Source of the DNA: a virus
Length of the DNA stretch: 64,000 nucleotides
Direction: 5' to 3' (one strand)
Virus record (IMG/VR): IMGVR_UViG_2928125067_000001
Span: 2,187-66,186 of that record
Under the pieces are notes generated by a model. That model was not told the DNA's origin, did no database searches, and worked only from the letters and a program-made list of their open reading frames with translations. Shown one piece after another: positions 1 through 8,121 of the stretch. The first letter of the stretch is position 1. Each line of letters starts with the position of its first letter. Position numbers and translations under genes: made by a program.

Positions 1-1
1 G

Positions 2-244
2 AGCGGCGAGTCCTGCGAGGAAGACAGCCAGCCGGTCTGCGGTTTCATCGTCAAGGACGGCGTCGTCACCCCGAAGCTGCCGACCGAGCACGCCTTCCAT
101 CAAGGCGCTTACGCTTGGGCGAACGTGGGCCCAACGCTGGAGCAGCAGGTGATGGGTCTGATGGTGCCGGCTCGCTTCCGCGAGGTTGGCGTGTCGGAAG
201 ACATGGTCAGGCGCTGGGCTGAAAGCGCGAAGGTCGCCGCCTGA
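2..244 (+). CDS. Hypothetical phage protein, 5'-truncated by window edge
   Basis: Open frame from position 2 to TGA at 242-244, ending ...KVAA. Confidence 0.6.
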   Translation, partial: SGESCEEDSQPVCGFIVKDGVVTPKLPTEHAFHQGAYAWANVGPTLEQQVMGLMVPARFREVGVSEDMVRRWAESAKVAA

Positions 245-295
245 CCCCACCTAACCTCCCCTAGCCTCTCACCAAATCTAATAGGAGAGAAACCG

Positions 296-556
296 ATGGG
301 CGGCCTGAAGGTCATGTCCGAGCGCTGCAATCAATGCCTGTTCGGCCCCGACAAGATCGTCAGCAACGAGCGCCGCGCGGAGATCCTGCGCGACCTCCGC
401 CGGCGGGACAGCCACTTCATCTGCCACAAGGCCTCGATTGCCGGCGTCGATATCGCCTGCCGCGGCGACTGGGACCAAAACGGATGCGGTCAACTCGGCC
501 GTATCATGGGGCGCCTTGGTGGCATTGAGTTCGTCCCTGAGCCCAATCCCGCCTGA
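296..556 (+). CDS. Small Cys/His-rich (putative Zn-binding) phage protein
   Basis: RBS AGGAGA; CxxC...FICHK...C motifs. Confidence 0.75.
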   Translation: MGGLKVMSERCNQCLFGPDKIVSNERRAEILRDLRRRDSHFICHKASIAGVDIACRGDWDQNGCGQLGRIMGRLGGIEFVPEPNPA

Positions 557-568
557 AGGACCCTCACC

Positions 569-1177
569 ATGTCCCAGACAGACCCCCGACCTCCAGCCGC
601 AGACGGTGAGCGGGAGGAAGGATCCACCTTCGATGAGGCGCTGGCTTACCTGCGTCCGCACAAGCTGGAGAGCAGCGATGCGCCCGTTGTTCTGAAGGCC
701 GGCATGCTCCGTTGCTGCGTCTCGGCGATCCTGATGCGGGAGGCCGACACCCTCTCCCGCCTTACTGCGGCAGAAGCCGGACGAGAGGAAGCCGAAGCTT
801 ACGGCCGGGAGGTCGGGTCAGCGCTCATCGGGCTGACTTGTGACGGATCGGAGTTCTATCGGCGCGGTGGCGCCGACTGGCGCGTCGATCCGGCAGCCTG
901 TGCCGCCTACGTCCGGCGCCAGAGATCCGACAAACACGACAGCATTCTGCGGTTCGCCAAGCGAGCCAAAGAAGCCGAGGCCGCTCGTGACGCCGCCCTC
1001 GCCCGCGTGGAGAAGCTGGAGAAGGCGCTTGGCGTCGCTCAGTCTGCGCTCGCGATGCTGACAGAACCGAACGAGATCCGTTCGACCAGCGTGGCAAAGG
1101 CCTGGGCCGTCGCCGTCGATGCCGAACTGAAATGCCGGCAAGCCCTCACCGAAGCCCAGCCCAAAGGAGACCAGTGA
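569..1177 (+). CDS. Hypothetical phage protein with coiled coil
   Basis: 202 aa ORF, TGATG coupling to next gene. Confidence 0.7.
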   Translation: MSQTDPRPPAADGEREEGSTFDEALAYLRPHKLESSDAPVVLKAGMLRCCVSAILMREADTLSRLTAAEAGREEAEAYGREVGSALIGLTCDGSEFYRRGGADWRVDPAACAAYVRRQRSDKHDSILRFAKRAKEAEAARDAALARVEKLEKALGVAQSALAMLTEPNEIRSTSVAKAWAVAVDAELKCRQALTEAQPKGDQ

Positions 1178-1410
1178 TGACCCAAGGTCTCAAGCGAGCT
1201 TCCCAGGCCGAAGCACGCACGCAGATGCTTACCAGGATGCCGCTCGGCTTCAAGCTCTGGTTCGCCTTCGTCGGCATCGTGATGCTGTCGATATTCATCG
1301 GGATTGGCGTCCTCGCCTACCGGATCTCGACCGAGCCGAAAGCGACTGGCGAGTTCATTGGCCGGATCATCAGTGGAGCGATCAACGGCGCTCAGCGGGA
1401 TCAGCCGTGA
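1177..1410 (+). CDS. Small membrane protein
   Basis: RBS AAGGAG; hydrophobic LWFAFVGIVMLSIFIGIGVLAY. Confidence 0.7.
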   Translation: MTQGLKRASQAEARTQMLTRMPLGFKLWFAFVGIVMLSIFIGIGVLAYRISTEPKATGEFIGRIISGAINGAQRDQP

Positions 1411-1455
1411 CCGAAGCCGGCCGCCACGCGCTCAAGGATGCATAAGGAGGAGGGG

Positions 1456-1773
1456 ATGAGCGAAACGCCTGTGCCTGAATATCTGCAGCAGTCGATGGTG
1501 GAGCGGGTCGCTCGGGCCATTTGTCGAGAAACGTGCGACGGCTATGTCGTCCACATCTGCGACCGTGAAGGCAACGGCCCCTGCAAGCCGCGCGCATGCC
1601 GTTTCTGGACCAACAAAACCGACGCGGCCAAGTCCGCCATCGCCGCCATGCGCAATCCACCCGAGCACGTCGCTGATGCGTTGAGCAATGTGCCGGGTGG
1701 CTTCGGCCGTGGAGCGTGGGAAGTCGGCCTCGACGCCGCCCTCACCTCCCCTTCTCCTGCCGAGGAGGGGTGA
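1456..1773 (+). CDS. Hypothetical phage protein
   Basis: Strong RBS AGGAGG; MVERVARAIC...AIAAMRNP pattern typical of phage early genes. Confidence 0.75.
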   Translation: MSETPVPEYLQQSMVERVARAICRETCDGYVVHICDREGNGPCKPRACRFWTNKTDAAKSAIAAMRNPPEHVADALSNVPGGFGRGAWEVGLDAALTSPSPAEEG

Positions 1774-1776
1774 GGG

Positions 1777-2019
1777 ATGAGCGGCCAGAAGATCGTCACA
1801 GGTCTGCGAGAGGCGGTCGCTTGGACCAAGGAACAGGAGCGGCCAGCTGAGCGCATCGCTGAGCTTAAGGCCGAGAATGCACGGCTCCGGAGCGCCTTGG
1901 TAGAGGCCGAAGCCTGCATGTCCATCGTAGCCCCGCGCAGCGACAAGGCCGAGTACTTGCGGATCCTAGGCGTGGTTCGCGCGGCTCTCGCCCCCACTCA
2001 GGCAGAAGGAGAGCGGTGA
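1777..2019 (+). CDS. Hypothetical phage protein
   Basis: 80 aa ORF in operon, coiled-coil segment. Confidence 0.7.
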   Translation: MSGQKIVTGLREAVAWTKEQERPAERIAELKAENARLRSALVEAEACMSIVAPRSDKAEYLRILGVVRAALAPTQAEGER

Positions 2020-2020
2020 C

Positions 2021-2230
2021 ATGGCCTCAATCTCCAACCTTTGGCCGGTCCTTTATTGGTTTCGGTTCTCAGGCGAGGGGCTTCCGGTGCATATGCCGGC
2101 GCTTCCTAAAACAAAACATCTCCGATGGCGGCGGCTCTATGGCGTGCAGATTGGCCGATGGTTTTTTGGAGCCGTTGAAGGAGGACCAGGCAAGCCATGG
2201 GTTGAGCCCTCCCCCACCCCGGAGCCCTAA
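2021..2230 (+). CDS. Hypothetical phage protein
   Basis: RBS AAGGAGAG; fills gap between neighbours exactly. Confidence 0.6.
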   Translation: MASISNLWPVLYWFRFSGEGLPVHMPALPKTKHLRWRRLYGVQIGRWFFGAVEGGPGKPWVEPSPTPEP

Positions 2231-2231
2231 C

Positions 2232-2789
2232 ATGCCTATCGGATCATCAGACGCGGGACGGGGGAAGCTGACCCTCCCTCCCCTGCGCAGAACTATCGCC
2301 GACGCGCGGTCCTTCGCCTCCACTGTCCATGAGGATCAGTTGGACAAGGCCGGGCGGCTCTACGTCAGGCATCTGGCGACCGTGGCGGCCTACACCAGCG
2401 CGTTCGCGCACCACACCCCATGCATGACCGCCCTGGATCGCGAGGAGGCCGTTCAGATCGCGTGGCTGCATGACGTGATCGAAGACACCGATTACGGGCA
2501 CGACGAACTGATCGCGGAAGGCTTCTCGGCCAGCGTCGTTGAAGGGGTCGAATGGCTGACCAAGGGCGTCGTCTGCCCAGGCCCGAGCTATGCCGACTGG
2601 ATCAAGGCGCTTGCCGAGAAAGCGCCGCTCCCCACCATCCTCGTCAAGCTCGCCGACGTGGAGGACAACAGCGATCCCGAACGTCTGGCCTTGCTTCCAG
2701 AAGAGACCAGAGTACGGCTGCTCAGGAAGTACGAGCCGGCGAAGGAAGTGCTGCGCGCGGCGGCGAGGCAGAAGGGATGGATGGGATGA
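2232..2789 (+). CDS. HD-domain hydrolase, RelA/SpoT small alarmone hydrolase (Mesh1)-like
   Basis: H..Q.DKAG..Y..H, AWLHDVIEDT and VKLADVEDN motifs. Confidence 0.85.
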   Translation: MPIGSSDAGRGKLTLPPLRRTIADARSFASTVHEDQLDKAGRLYVRHLATVAAYTSAFAHHTPCMTALDREEAVQIAWLHDVIEDTDYGHDELIAEGFSASVVEGVEWLTKGVVCPGPSYADWIKALAEKAPLPTILVKLADVEDNSDPERLALLPEETRVRLLRKYEPAKEVLRAAARQKGWMG

Positions 2790-2887
2790 TCGAAGTCGCC
2801 CTCGCCTGCGCCGTATTAGCAATCGGCGGATGGGCCTGCCTCAGGCTCTCTCGCCGAGCCTTTGAGCGCAACTACGGCCGAGACTGA
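2786..2887 (+). CDS. Small membrane peptide
   Basis: ATGA overlap; MIEVALACAVLAIGGWACL. Confidence 0.5.
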   Translation: MIEVALACAVLAIGGWACLRLSRRAFERNYGRD

Positions 2888-2947
2888 CCCCGCCCAGGAT
2901 CACCGTCTTGCAGCGGGAAGAAAGATGAGCAGAGGGGTCAGGAGATA

Positions 2948-3130
2948 ATGATGGAAGCCGAGTACACAATTGACCGTAAGCTGCTGGCCGACTGCACGAC
3001 AGAAACGCTGCGTTTGGCATGGGATGCCGGGTCGCGTCTCGACACAATGGGATTTCTGGATGCGACGCAGCAGGCGCGGCTTGAAGCCATTAAACGGGAG
3101 TTGTTCAGCCGGCCGGCGTGGGTCGGATAG
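2948..3130 (+). CDS. Hypothetical protein
   Basis: RBS AGGAGA, 60 aa. Confidence 0.6.
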   Translation: MMEAEYTIDRKLLADCTTETLRLAWDAGSRLDTMGFLDATQQARLEAIKRELFSRPAWVG

Positions 3131-3185
3131 TGAAGCGGGGCCATCCTCCCTTCCCCGCGAGATCCACACCGTCTACGCTCAACCC

Positions 3186-3296
3186 ATGAGCGACCACGAC
3201 GCCGTTACAGAAGCCGCCGAAGCCCTGATCGCCGCGGGCCATTCCGTCGAGCCGTGGGGCGATGATCACGCCCTCTGGCAGGTTGGGGAGGATTAA
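3186..3296 (+). pseudogene. N-terminal half of a small gene interrupted by HNH insertion
   Basis: MSDHDAVTEAAEALIAAGHSVEPWGDDHALWQVGED stops 2 nt before HNH ATG; plausible continuation at 3912-3983. Confidence 0.55.
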
Positions 3297-3298
3297 AA

Positions 3299-3919
3299 AT
3301 GGCTGGCATAAGCAAAGGGACAAAAATATGCGCCCATTGCGCAGCCACGTACTATTCAGAATGGTCCGGCAGCATTTACTGCCAAGACATCTGCCGTGTT
3401 ATGGCAAAGGTCGACAAAACTGCCGGTCAAGGGCCATGGGGCAATTGCTGGACTTGGACTGGGGCGAAGGGCGGGAAGGGTTACGGTCAGGTAAAGCACA
3501 AGGGCAGCAATATCGCAGCCCATCGGCTGGTCAAGCTTCTTCTACATGGCGTTGCCCTCGGCGACCAAATGGGTTGCCACTCCTGCGACAACCCGACCTG
3601 TGTAAACCCAGATCATGTTTTCGCTGGGACCATCCAAGACAACATCGCAGATAGGCAAGCAAAGAACCGGCAAGCTCGTGGCAGCCAACACGCAAAGTCC
3701 GTGCTAACTGAAGCCGATGTTATTAAAATCAGAACTGGGCCGCGCGAGAAGTTCTCAACGTTGGCGACACGATATGGTGTCAGCCGGCAAAGCGCACAGG
3801 CTGCGGCCAAGGGCGAGACGTGGACGCATCTAAACGAGATTGCTACGCCATGGCCCAAGGATCCGGACAGGGTCGCTCGATCACGGGCCGCCTATCGCCC
3901 AAGGATAGAGAATGAATAG
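3299..3919 (+). CDS. HNH homing endonuclease
   Basis: CWTWTG...GYG...AHR...CHSCDNPTCVNPDH...N motif; lower GC than flanks. Confidence 0.92.
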   Translation: MAGISKGTKICAHCAATYYSEWSGSIYCQDICRVMAKVDKTAGQGPWGNCWTWTGAKGGKGYGQVKHKGSNIAAHRLVKLLLHGVALGDQMGCHSCDNPTCVNPDHVFAGTIQDNIADRQAKNRQARGSQHAKSVLTEADVIKIRTGPREKFSTLATRYGVSRQSAQAAAKGETWTHLNEIATPWPKDPDRVARSRAAYRPRIENE

Positions 3920-3983
3920 CGATCTGCTCGCCCTAGCGATCCGGAATGGACTGATGGAGCCGCCCAGCTCCCGAATTCAATAG
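3912..3983 (+). pseudogene. C-terminal half of interrupted small gene (MNSDLLALAIRNGLMEPPSSRIQ)
   Basis: ATG overlaps HNH stop; 23-codon ORF. Confidence 0.45.
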
Positions 3984-4001
3984 CAACCTGAGGCAGAGCA
4001 G

Positions 4002-4367
4002 ATGCGAGGCGATTTCGTCATCAAAACGAAGATCGTAGGCAGCGGACCGACCGTGCGCTATGCCGTGTATGAGGATTTGGGCTTTCCGGCTGGGCTGACG
4101 TGGAACCCATGGTTCACAACCTCCGACAAAGAGGAGGCCGAACGGTACGTCCGTGAGGCCCGACAGATCGTAAACGATCATCCCCGAACACAACTCGCCG
4201 GCCGATATTGGTGCGAAGCAAGCCCGCGCAGCCAATCGTGGGGGGCGCAGTTCAACATCTATGAGCCTGAGGGCCTGTTTGGTTTCGGCAAAAAGCTAGT
4301 CCACGACACTCTTTCGCTAGAAACCGCCAAAGCTTGGGCCGAGCGCGCCGTACAGCTAGCGGCATGA
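4002..4367 (+). CDS. Hypothetical phage protein
   Basis: 121 aa ORF, ATGA coupling downstream. Confidence 0.65.
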   Translation: MRGDFVIKTKIVGSGPTVRYAVYEDLGFPAGLTWNPWFTTSDKEEAERYVREARQIVNDHPRTQLAGRYWCEASPRSQSWGAQFNIYEPEGLFGFGKKLVHDTLSLETAKAWAERAVQLAA

Positions 4368-4579
4368 CACCTCTCGGCCTCGTCCTCCCGCTCCGGATCG
4401 AACGCCTGGAGGAAGCTGTGAAGGTCGTCGATGCCAACGGGAAGGCCGCAGCGTACTTCTACATCTGCGCTGAGCGAGAGCGTAGGCTTCAGACCAACCG
4501 GCTGTCGCCAGAGGAAGGCGTTGAAGCTGCTAGGATCTGCGCACGGGCGCTGACGGATGCGTTGGAAGCGAAGGGGTAG
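4364..4579 (+). CDS. Hypothetical protein
   Basis: VVDANG..AYFY...LS.EE pattern. Confidence 0.65.
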   Translation: MTPLGLVLPLRIERLEEAVKVVDANGKAAAYFYICAERERRLQTNRLSPEEGVEAARICARALTDALEAKG

Positions 4580-4588
4580 GAGAACGAG

Positions 4589-4939
4589 ATGCGAAGCGTG
4601 AGAGCCAACATCGTCGCTGCCATTGAGAAGCATTGCTCCGAAGGCGCCTCTGGCGGCCTGATCGGGGCCGATGAGGCGGCCGACGATATTCTCAATGCGA
4701 TCCCTGACCCAGGCGAGAACGCACGGCTTGCCTCGTTCGCCCGTGAAATCATCAGCTACGCCTTTGACGGCACCGATGCTGACGGCGGGTCAGTCCAAGC
4801 GCTGGCGGTCCACTACGGGCTGCTGAAGCGGACGACTTACGATCCCAAGGTGCATGGCCCCTCGTTCGCTGAGCCCGGCGCCGAGTGGTTCGAGTACGCG
4901 GACACGCTGAAGCTGGCTCGCACCACGACCGAGGCCTAG
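4589..4939 (+). CDS. Hypothetical phage protein
   Basis: RBS AGGAGA, 116 aa. Confidence 0.7.
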   Translation: MRSVRANIVAAIEKHCSEGASGGLIGADEAADDILNAIPDPGENARLASFAREIISYAFDGTDADGGSVQALAVHYGLLKRTTYDPKVHGPSFAEPGAEWFEYADTLKLARTTTEA

Positions 4940-4973
4940 AAACAAAAATTCCCGCAACGGCAAGCCGGGCGGG
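4940..4973 (-). terminator. Putative intrinsic terminator of the late/lysis operon
   Basis: CCCGC...GCGGG hairpin followed by AATTTTTGTTT on minus strand between convergent operons. Confidence 0.5.
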
Positions 4974-5002
4974 CGGGTAGAACGACAGCAATGTGAGAGC
5001 GC

Positions 5003-5098
5003 TCAGAGCTTCGTCAGGTTGCCCAGCACGAGCCCCACGCCCAGCGCCAATGAGCACCACATGACGACGAGGCCCATGTCGGGCGGACAGTGGTGCAT
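5003..5098 (-). CDS. Small membrane peptide (31 aa)
   Basis: TGATG coupled; MHHCPPDMGLVVMWCSLALGVGLVLGNLTKL. Confidence 0.45.
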   Translation of the reverse strand: MHHCPPDMGLVVMWCSLALGVGLVLGNLTKL

Positions 5099-5679
5099 CA
5101 GCTGTGCGCCGTCTGGCGGATCCCCTTTATGGAGGACGACCACCAGTCCCCGATCCAGGGCCGCGTCCTCTCAAGCAGCGGAGCGATGTCCGGCCGGGTG
5201 ATGAGGAGTAGAGCCACGATCACAGTCGCTGCACCGACCCCGACGCCGAGTGCTACGCGATTGCGGCGCGGCACCGTTCCGTCAACAGCGCCCGGCGCGC
5301 TGACGTGGAGGATCGCCGCAACGACGCCCAAGAGCACGATAGGCGAGACGATCTCCGAGTTGAGCAGCCACTGCGAGGGCGAAAGCCGGTAGAGGATCGA
5401 GTACAGGCTTTGCATCATGTGGGAGGCAAAGCTGATCCAGATGCCCACGATCAGGAAATCGGTGCGCTTCGGGTTTGGCGCCGTCAGGGCCTTCCATGCA
5501 TCTGCGCCGTAGACATACAGGACCGTCGCATAGAAGCCGGCCGCCAGGGTGCGCGTCGCTAGGATCAGATCAGCATTCGGGACGAAGACGTTGATGCACT
5601 GGTAGGCGACAAAGAGGAGCAGGATCGAGATATAGATCGTTCCACGAATGCGCTCCGGTCGGTCGTCGTTATAGATCAT
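5098..5679 (-). CDS. Multi-pass membrane protein in lysis cassette
   Basis: About five hydrophobic segments in 193 aa. Confidence 0.8.
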   Translation of the reverse strand: MIYNDDRPERIRGTIYISILLLFVAYQCINVFVPNADLILATRTLAAGFYATVLYVYGADAWKALTAPNPKRTDFLIVGIWISFASHMMQSLYSILYRLSPSQWLLNSEIVSPIVLLGVVAAILHVSAPGAVDGTVPRRNRVALGVGVGAATVIVALLLITRPDIAPLLERTRPWIGDWWSSSIKGIRQTAHS

Positions 5680-5684
5680 GCTGC

Positions 5685-6005
5685 TCAGTCCCTACGCTGG
5701 GCGCGATGGTCTGCGCTCTGATCCATGCCCGCCAGCATGTTCTCCACGATGGCCCGAATGTCGTTGGGGCGCCGGCCGGACCATTTCGCTGCCTGTTCTT
5801 CCGTGCGGGCGCGGATTGAAGCGGCCTCACCCTCAAGGCGCTCGGTTAGCTGCGCATTGGCGTGGATCGTCGCGTCGGCAGCCTCGACTTTCCGGCTGCG
5901 TGCCTCGCTCGCCTCGTTGAAGGCAGCATCCACGCGCCCGGCGTGGATCTTCGCGAAACAGCGCGCCGGGAGCACGTAGGCCAAAGCCTGATCCAGCCAC
6001 GTCAT
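5685..6005 (-). CDS. Lysis-cassette protein, coiled coil
   Basis: ATGA overlap with upstream gene; MTWLDQALAYVLP... Confidence 0.65.
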   Translation of the reverse strand: MTWLDQALAYVLPARCFAKIHAGRVDAAFNEASEARSRKVEAADATIHANAQLTERLEGEAASIRARTEEQAAKWSGRRPNDIRAIVENMLAGMDQSADHRAQRRD

Positions 6006-6442
6006 GCATCGCTCCCCGCTCGGCCGCGACGTAGGTAGCCGCGGATCGCCTCGGCGATGTTGAAGGCGAGTTGCCGCGGGTCGCGGAGCATCTGCAGGAT
6101 GCCCTCCAGCGCTTGGCTGGTGTTGGCGAACCCGTGCCGGATCTCGGTGCCGTTGAGCGCGACGAGGTTGGACAGCTCGCCGAGCGTCTGCGTCCGGCTT
6201 TCCAGCGTCTGCTTGAGGCCCTGGAGCAGTTCGCGAACCCGCTCGTCGCCGGCCGAAGCCTCGGCGAGGGCCACAAGCGCCCGCTCGCTGATGTTCTCGA
6301 TCCGCTTGTAGAGGTAGCGGATCACGAGGGCGAGGACGATGATCACCAAGCCTTCTGCGACGATGATCGCGCCTAGGGGGCCCTGCCCCAGAAATGTGTC
6401 TGCTGCCTTTTGAGCGGTCGTTACAGCGGCGGTCGGGTCCAC
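6002..6442 (-). CDS. Membrane-anchored coiled-coil protein (holin/spanin-like)
   Basis: QGPLGAIIV...IIVLALVIRYLY TM then coiled coil; GTG start inferred. Confidence 0.7.
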   Translation of the reverse strand: MDPTAAVTTAQKAADTFLGQGPLGAIIVAEGLVIIVLALVIRYLYKRIENISERALVALAEASAGDERVRELLQGLKQTLESRTQTLGELSNLVALNGTEIRHGFANTSQALEGILQMLRDPRQLAFNIAEAIRGYLRRGRAGSDA

Positions 6443-6456
6443 TACGCGTCGCCTTT

Positions 6457-6486
6457 TTGCGTAGCAGAAATGGCTTGCGGCATTCT
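6457..6486 (+). promoter_or_regulatory. Putative sigma70 promoter TTGCGT-N18-CATTCT
   Basis: Predicted start about 6492 coincides with 5' end of structured element. Confidence 0.45.
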
Positions 6487-6490
6487 GAGG

Positions 6491-6635
6491 TCCTGACACA
6501 GGGTGAGCCTAGCCATCGCTGGCGCGGTTCTGTCGCGTTAGTGGTGGTCAGTGGGGCGAGCCGTAAGCCGCCAAGCACATCGGCTTGCCCCACGCTGCAT
6601 CGCCTTTGGCCGGGCGATGACGGCTCAGGTCAGGA
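6491..6635 (+). ncRNA. Candidate four-way-junction small RNA antisense to lysis operon
   Basis: Three nested hairpins (16, 13, 8 bp) inside a closing stem; all non-Watson-Crick pairs are G.U on the + strand. Confidence 0.6.
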
Positions 6636-7016
6636 AACCGGCACACCCGGCAGCTTCGCGGCCTCCCGGAGCGAGCCGACGACGTTTTCGGCCGGGATCT
6701 CGTCGGCGGTCTTCGCCTTGGTGATGACCGCATCGACCTGCGGGAGGTCGGCTGCTGACTTGATGATGCCGTGCGGGCGGTTCTTGATCAGGCCCCACAC
6801 GCCGGCACCCGCGAGCAGGATGCTGCCGACAACGGTCTGAAACTCGGGAGTGCCAAGGTAGGCTAGCGTCTCTTTGGAGATGAGGTTGCGGCTGTTCAGA
6901 ATGCCCGCGATGAAGCTGATGATCACGCAGACCATCGCGATCAACTGCGGGGAGATCACGGCCTTCGAGGCTGCCGGCGCCGCCTGAGAAGGCGTGGATT
7001 GCTTCTGCTGGTCCAT
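6630..7016 (-). CDS. Putative holin
   Basis: Two TM segments; ends GVWGLIKNR; located in lysis cassette. Confidence 0.65.
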   Translation of the reverse strand: MDQQKQSTPSQAAPAASKAVISPQLIAMVCVIISFIAGILNSRNLISKETLAYLGTPEFQTVVGSILLAGAGVWGLIKNRPHGIIKSAADLPQVDAVITKAKTADEIPAENVVGSLREAAKLPGVPVS

Positions 7017-7025
7017 GTGCGATCT

Positions 7026-7271
7026 TCAGCCAATATGGGGAGCGATTGCGTCCCACAGATCCTGCGGGATGCTGTCGAGTTCGGCCTTGGTGAAGGTCTC
7101 CCGGTGGAAGACGCTGCACCGCTGGAGCTTCGCGACGAGATCCGGCTTCAGGCGCGGCAGGGCGGCGTGAACCTGCGGGAGGTTCAGTCCCATGCTGATG
7201 GCGAGGCCATCCTTGGCCGACGTCGTGTAGGGCAGTGCGAATGGATACCGGCGAGCCATGGCGCGGCTCAC
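7026..7271 (-). CDS. Hypothetical protein
   Basis: Coupled to lipoprotein gene, 81 aa. Confidence 0.6.
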   Translation of the reverse strand: MSRAMARRYPFALPYTTSAKDGLAISMGLNLPQVHAALPRLKPDLVAKLQRCSVFHRETFTKAELDSIPQDLWDAIAPHIG

Positions 7272-7756
7272 TTGGTCTTGGTGCCGGTCACAGCCACGGG
7301 CTGGCCTTTCACGATGATGGTCTTGGTGACGGTCTCACCGACTTTCGGCTCGGCAGCCTTCGCGGGGGCCTTTTTCGCCTTCTCGGGCGCCTCGCCGGCC
7401 GTGTAGGAGGTCGGAGCCGCGTTGCTCAGCGCCGTGCAGGCGATCTGCGCCACCTTCGTCACCGGCACGCTCACGGAGGCGATATCCGGGTTCAGGGCGA
7501 CGATGATGTTCTGAACCGAGGTCACGGTCGGGAGGAAGCCGCAGGCGGTCTTGGTGGCCGTGCGGACCTGATTGATGATGGTCGTGACCTTCTGGATCTG
7601 GGCAGTCGAGAGACCGATGCCGGAGAGGCCGAAGGGTGTGGTCACTCCGCCGTTCAAGGCGTCGTTGATCTGGCTCTGGCTGGCCGTGAGGTTGCAAGCG
7701 GACACGGCGACGCCGACGCAGCCAAGCGCCAGCGCCCGCGGAATGATGCGGAGCAT
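7268..7756 (-). CDS. Lipoprotein (possible o-spanin-like)
   Basis: Signal with lipobox VSAC; KTACGFLPT motif. Confidence 0.75.
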   Translation of the reverse strand: MLRIIPRALALGCVGVAVSACNLTASQSQINDALNGGVTTPFGLSGIGLSTAQIQKVTTIINQVRTATKTACGFLPTVTSVQNIIVALNPDIASVSVPVTKVAQIACTALSNAAPTSYTAGEAPEKAKKAPAKAAEPKVGETVTKTIIVKGQPVAVTGTKTK

Positions 7757-7826
7757 GGTGGTTCTCGCGGTGGGGGTTGCCGGAGACCGCCGGCTCGGAA
7801 CGTGCTAGGCTTCGTCAGAGGTCGCC

Positions 7827-8051
7827 ATGGATGACGAGCGCACAGACGAAGCAGTCGAATGGCTTCGCAGTCAGCTTTCAGCGCTGCGCGGCGAGGGTCG
7901 CTACATGCAGCGTGAGGTGCCGGACATCATTGAGGAGCTATTCGCTCGCTACCCTGAGATGCTCGACCCACGCCTAGCTTGCACGCTGCTTTGGGGCGAG
8001 GACGAACAGCGCTGGGGCGCCTTAGTGAATTATGCCGACGACGGCTGGTAG
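7827..8051 (+). CDS. Hypothetical moron protein
   Basis: RBS GAGG; antisense to late operon. Confidence 0.6.
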   Translation: MDDERTDEAVEWLRSQLSALRGEGRYMQREVPDIIEELFARYPEMLDPRLACTLLWGEDEQRWGALVNYADDGW

Positions 8052-8087
8052 GTTGGCTCGGAAGGATTTGACTGGGAGCGCGAGGCT

Positions 8088-8115
8088 TTGCCTGGACGCG
8101 CGGAAGTGCTATGCT
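8088..8115 (+). promoter_or_regulatory. Putative sigma70 promoter TTGCCT-N16-TATGCT with extended -10 TG
   Basis: Motif seen; no convincing ORF downstream. Confidence 0.55.
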
Positions 8116-8121
8116 GGCGCG

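Noticed and set aside
3291-3923. Ribosomal bypass from GAT-TAA to a downstream GAT, or a group I intron around the HNH
   Set aside because: The gap of about 630 nt is far longer than known hops, and the HNH ORF fills the insertion, leaving no room for intron core elements.
6491-6640. Hammerhead ribozyme or tRNA
   Set aside because: No CUGANGA/GAAA core in the right register; no T-loop, D-loop or CCA.
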